Below, one piece after another: positions 58,986 to 64,000 of a stretch of 64,000 nt of DNA (position 1 is its first letter; each line of letters opens with the position of its first letter). Below the pieces are notes generated by a model. The model made no database searches and had not been told where the DNA came from. It saw only the letters and a list, made by a program, of their open reading frames with translations. The stretch comes from Azolla caroliniana (taxonomy: Eukaryota > Plantae > Polypodiophyta). The position numbers and the translations under genes were made by a program. Location of the stretch: positions 22,885-86,884 of the forward strand of contig JBHGNT010000103.1 in assembly GCA_043228905.1 (NCBI GenBank), in the 5' to 3' direction.

Positions 58986-61900
58986 TCACTTCTCCATACA
59001 ATCTGCATTTCTTTTCCGTCCTACTTTTCAAATTTGTATTATGCACAAATCAGTTATAAAAGGTGGTCATATAAGGTATTACAGTTTTGTTCGAAATGGA
59101 TCAAGCCGATAATGATGACACTTGGGCACTTCGTCGTTCTGACACAAGCAAAAAAAAAATTAGAAACACAATGAATACTCATTTATTATTTTCTTCTTTA
59201 TTTATTATTTTACATTTTGTTTTTTATTTTATGCATTTATTTTTTAATGTAGCACGTATTATTTATTTACTATGTTTCTTGTATTTATATTTATTTTTTT
59301 GACTTTTAATATAATAATTTTCATTTTTACCCCCAGCAGCCAGGAGCTTCTCCACACGTGCAACGATATGTTTGCCATACGTATACTTCTTCAAGGCATG
59401 GAGATGGACACGAATGCGAGAGAGCAAGAGCTCACGCTCCTGATCATCACATGTTTCCAGAACTTTCTGAACCACATAGTTCGCATATTGATCTTTCATC
59501 ATGGCCTGCAATCAATCAGCAAACCCATGATACAGATGCATTCCATACATATACATCACAATGTGTTATACATTACAATTGAATATATACATCGCAATAT
59601 AATACATGCATACAAATATACCCACCATCTAGACCACCTTATTCACGCCGAGAATAGAGTACCTGTAGTGGCTCGTTCTCATCTGTGTGTCCAAGCATTT
59701 CGCTGATCAAAATCTTGCGTTCCACCGGACCCCCAAACTCCAAACACTTCTCAACTACATTTGACGCAAATTTGTGCTGACTCATCTGTACAATCTGGCC
59801 AGCTAGTTTCGTCATTATCTCACCCTTTTCATGTGGTTTTCCGTGCTCTAGCACATGCTATTATATTATCATGTCGAAATTTTCCAAAGAAAAACCAACA
59901 TTTAGAAACAGCTCCAATTGGAACAACATTAGAAAATAGCAAAGAAAATACAGGTTTTATAGGAAAATTGAACCACCACTAACCTGTACAACATAATTGC
60001 CATATTGATCCTGTGCCAAATCACAAGTAGCTCGTAGAATGTCATCCATTATCCCATCATCTTTCTGCTCAATTGTACAATGCTCGAGAACACGCTGCAG
60101 AAAACAAAGAAAATTAAAACAGATAATAATGGTTTTTACATCTAATACAACTTGTACTGAATGATAAAAAGTAACAGAGAAGAATACCCCCTAAGTTTTG
60201 GGATATTTACCAGAGGATCATTCTGGTAGGTAATGCTTCAAAACTTCAGAGATGTTTCTGGTAAATATCCCAAAAGTCAGGGAATAATATTGTCATCATC
60301 TACCTGAATCACACGGCATCCATAAGGATGCGTGGAAAGAGTCACCACCTGACCACGGAAAGCTGAAATTATAAATTGTATATGTTCCGGCGGAATGCAC
60401 TCAATACATTTTTGGATTACATGGTTGCCATTCTGATCACGAACACAATGCATGACATACCCATCCAGCTCTGAAACCAGACTAATTTGTTGTTCACGAT
60501 CCACAACTTCTAATGCCTATTAACAGCCAAACAACAAGCATTACTGTATAAGATAGAGAGAAATATTATAAAAGAAATGGCTGTGTCAACAGTTTAGGAG
60601 ATTATGAGGTCATCAATTCAACATTCCCATGTGGCATGTAGTTAAAGGGAAGTGATATATGGTGTGTAACAAAGGCATGTAAAATTAAGGATTTGAATCT
60701 ATGACCTAGTCTTAAAGTGAGTTGTTTTGAAAAAAACGCTATGCTAAGATGCACCTTTTGAATCACACGGCAGCCATACATTTGAAGGCTCAAATTTAAG
60801 ACATGGCCAACCAGCTTGTTCGCAAGCTCTGCCCTTTGCTCCATACTTCCATGCTCAAAGAACTGAAAGATAAACAAAACCACAGAACAGTTACCAATAT
60901 TCCAATAGATAGATAACTATAGTCATGATGCTCCCAATCCATTAATTTCATGTGGTCACCATAACCATATAAAATCATTCGTTTAATATTAGTTTTGTCG
61001 TCCTCCTTGAATTAGTTTTTAAAATACACAATCATGGTGTTTTATATGACAATCAATCCATGCGCATTACTTCAGTCTGAACTTGTAGACCTAAACAAAG
61101 TTACTAAATCTTTTCCAGCTTTATAGTCGAGATATATGCAGGACATTACCTTTTGAATGACATAATTCCCAAACACATCAGTCATGAGAGTAAGTGCATG
61201 AGGTAAAACTTCTTGGAAGACCATGCCTTTCTCCTCATCAGATGCCATCTCCAACTTTTGCTGAATGAACCGGCTACCATGTTGATCCGCACTGTACCAT
61301 TTTATCATAGATAAGACAAGATGCAGGATTTCAATTTAGATAGCTAAATTACAGGGTAGAAGAATTACCTGAATTCCACCACATGACCAACGATTTCTTG
61401 GAGTTCAAACCTCCGAGATTTGCTATTCTTCAGCTCATCCAACAATGAGGAAGCTCTCATATCTTCACCCGTCTCACTGGCTCTCACTCCTTGCCATCCA
61501 GCAGAGGACCTTCCACTATGTCGCAGAGATAAGACCCCAGGAAGAACAGGGGACCCTGGAAGCACTGGACTTGTGAGGGGTGAATTGGCATATGGCATGA
61601 CAAAGCCTAGCCCAGGTGGGCTCCCATAGTAACCAGGACTAACTGAGCCAGCTTGGCCTCCCATTTGAAGACTGAGTGCGCTACCCCTGGCAAACTGGGA
61701 CTTGTGATGATCCTGTGCTGAGTAGCCAAGCATTGAACTTAACTGGCTTTTCTGTACCTCCAGAGGATTCAACTGCCCATATGCTCCTCTAAGCAAAGGG
61801 TCATTTGCATGAATATCATCGGTGGTCCGTTGCTGTAAGTAATGAAGATACAAGGGATCAGGTATCCGAGAGTGAAGCCCAATTTGGTTTTGGCTCGAAT

Positions 61901-63633
61901 ACTTATACAGCTGTTGCATGTCCATATTAGAGAGGCCGGACGAGGCAGACCGGCCACCCATTCCAGTCGCGACATTCTCGTAGCTTGCATTGTTAGTGTA
62001 ATTTGGCATTACTCCTCCCGGAAGGAGAGGATTATTCAGAGGGTATCCACCTAAACTATATTGGGACGCATACATGTTTGTCGTTGGATAATAAGGATTC
62101 CCGCTGGCCATATATGACATGGCTGCAGCAAACATGTTATTCGAAGATTGGATAGGAGCATTTAAAGACTGTGATAATGCAACCCCATGCTTACTTGAAG
62201 TCATGAAATTTTGCCCTAAACCTTGTTGCTGATGGGCATGAAGGTTCTTCGCTTGCCCAATTTGTGACCCAGCTTGAGACCTTTGCCCATGCTGGTTATG
62301 GCGATAAACTTGTTGTTGCAACAACGGTTGCTCTTGCAACTCTTGTTGATGATGATCTAATGATAGACCCGCAAGACGCTTATGGTCTGTAGGAACACCC
62401 CCATGCCTACCAGCTACAGACGACAAGGTTAGATCTTGTAAAGAAGCTGTCAAATCAGATGTGCTTGATCCCCCCCTCAAACTTGAGATCTCTTCTATTA
62501 ATGCTTCATTCCCACTCAAAGGATCTGGTGTTGGAATCCTGGCAATGGGTCCCAAATTCCCACTTACAGATGCTATAGCAGCATTTCCCATTGGTATAGC
62601 ACTCATAGGAGGTTTAAGAGTCGGTGTGGCCGAGCGTGAAGGGACATGTAACGAAGGTGCATCTAGCTCAGTGATTGCAGCAACCGTCACGGAAGACTCT
62701 CGCAGATGAGAATCTCCCCCTGTCTTCCCCTCCTCATTTGCAACCCTACTAGATGGTCGAGGTAAACTATACACTGGAGAAGGCGTCCTCGGGAAATCTT
62801 GCTGTGCAAAAGAAAATCCATATGGGAGATATTTATCATATTTCTTTCAACCTCCTCAATATAACTAGTTAATTACGATAAATCTTTCTTACCTGAATGA
62901 GGTCTACTAAGCTTTTCGGACGGGCACCAAATCCATGCATATGAGTGGCCGATAACCCAGCCTCAGCTTTGCTTTCCACCCGGTTACCCGATACTTGCCT
63001 CAACAAGCCATCCTCTGGAGACTTTTCATCCTCAGATGATTCAACTTCATTGTGGGTCGGAAGCACAAGTTGTGTCGAAAACAAAGACCTTTTATTACTA
63101 TCGTCAAAAGACCTAAGATTTTTCTTATCCGGAAGATTACCACTTGCCAGACGCTGTGCAAGGACGTAATTATCCCGGGAAATTATCGGTGGTGGAAGCC
63201 GTGGGTTCAAGTTGATGTGAGAATAGTAGTAGGCCAAGTAAGCCGGATCAGATCGAAGCTCTTGTTCCGAATCAACCACATTCTCATTCATTTGCCCATG
63301 TGCGGAGCTCTCAATGATGTGAATTCCTGAGCTTTCCATACCAGGAAGCAGAAGGCCTCCCATTGATGCGATTGAGCCTTCCACACTTGGAGGGGCACTT
63401 CCACTTCGATGCGGAACCATGTCCTTCCGATTTAGTAAACTATCGAGCCGAGAGTGGCTTTTCAAGAGCATCCCAAGCTCCTGAGCCACACCATCCGCCG
63501 CCGAAGGAGGAATCGGAGCCATGCTATTTTCACCCATAGGGATTGCCCTTATACTATTTTCACTCATGGGTATGCCTCCACCACTTGCACCCATCATCCT
63601 CATCGGGCTTTCAGTTGTCATGTTTACTGGCAT
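58986..63633 (-). CDS. Pumilio/PUF RNA-binding protein (APUM5/6-like), ~1050 aa; exons 63633-62893, 62801-61369, 61291-61150, 60862-60755, 60516-60304, 60094-59984, 59857-59663, 59505-59331, 59020-58986
   Basis: GT-AG introns keep the frame (3153 nt). N-terminal [45 protein letters not shown]. Eight Puf repeats ([78 protein letters not shown]). The last exon is less certain. Confidence 0.95.
60196..60275. repeat. 19-bp perfect inverted repeat in Pumilio intron 5 (MITE-like, 80 bp)
   Basis: TTTTGGGATATTTACCAGA (60196-60214) / TCTGGTAAATATCCCAAAA (60257-60275). Confidence 0.85.
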
Positions 63634-64000
63634 TTCTAACCACTTTCAAGGATCATCCAATCACGGAAAATTCGATTCCACCAGGCACCAATGCATATAA
63701 ACCCATCATTTCTTTTCTATAAATGGAAAGCTTCACAACCAGAAAATTAAATTGAATTCCCTGCCAATAAAACGACGAAATTGTTTCTTGTACATTTGTG
63801 ACATAAAACACGAGAGAGAATGATCAATGAAGCATCTCTCGAGAGGGTTCAAGTCTTCAATTGCTATGTATACATATGCACACACACATTCACAAAAGCC
63901 ATACAAGCACAAAAGAACATAAAGCAAATAATTACTACTTTGGGAATATGGCACATCAGCAAGCTCCAACCCTGGCCAAACATTACATGAATTTTTTGCT

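Overview
This is a plant nuclear region, probably a fern or another non-seed vascular plant (inferred from the TE repertoire and PAL type). It holds two host genes, both on the minus strand: an intronless phenylalanine ammonia-lyase (11141-13465) and a 9-exon Pumilio/PUF gene (58986-63633). They are separated by about 43 kb of nested transposons. Two young, complete LTR retrotransposons are present. (1) 25159-32555 is a Gypsy element with 899-bp LTRs, a 4-bp TSD, a tRNA-Trp-type PBS, and a -1 frameshift signal between Gag-protease and RT-RH-INT. (2) 43028-53157 is an Athila-like element with 376-bp LTRs, a 5-bp TSD and a large 3' extra ORF. Around them lie decayed Copia elements, Tcn1-type chromoviruses, a hAT transposase and two LINEs ending in (CT)n. 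Most striking: element (2) has no polypurine tract. In its place is a second, oppositely oriented tRNA-complementary site, and the same motif sits at the equivalent position in a second, dissimilar LTR (40272). This suggests tRNA priming of plus-strand synthesis. Also notable are tRNA-like A-box/B-box cassettes at the U3 tips of three different LTR families and an 11-nt Tf1-type self-priming signal. tRNA and lineage assignments are from recall of the families, not database searches.
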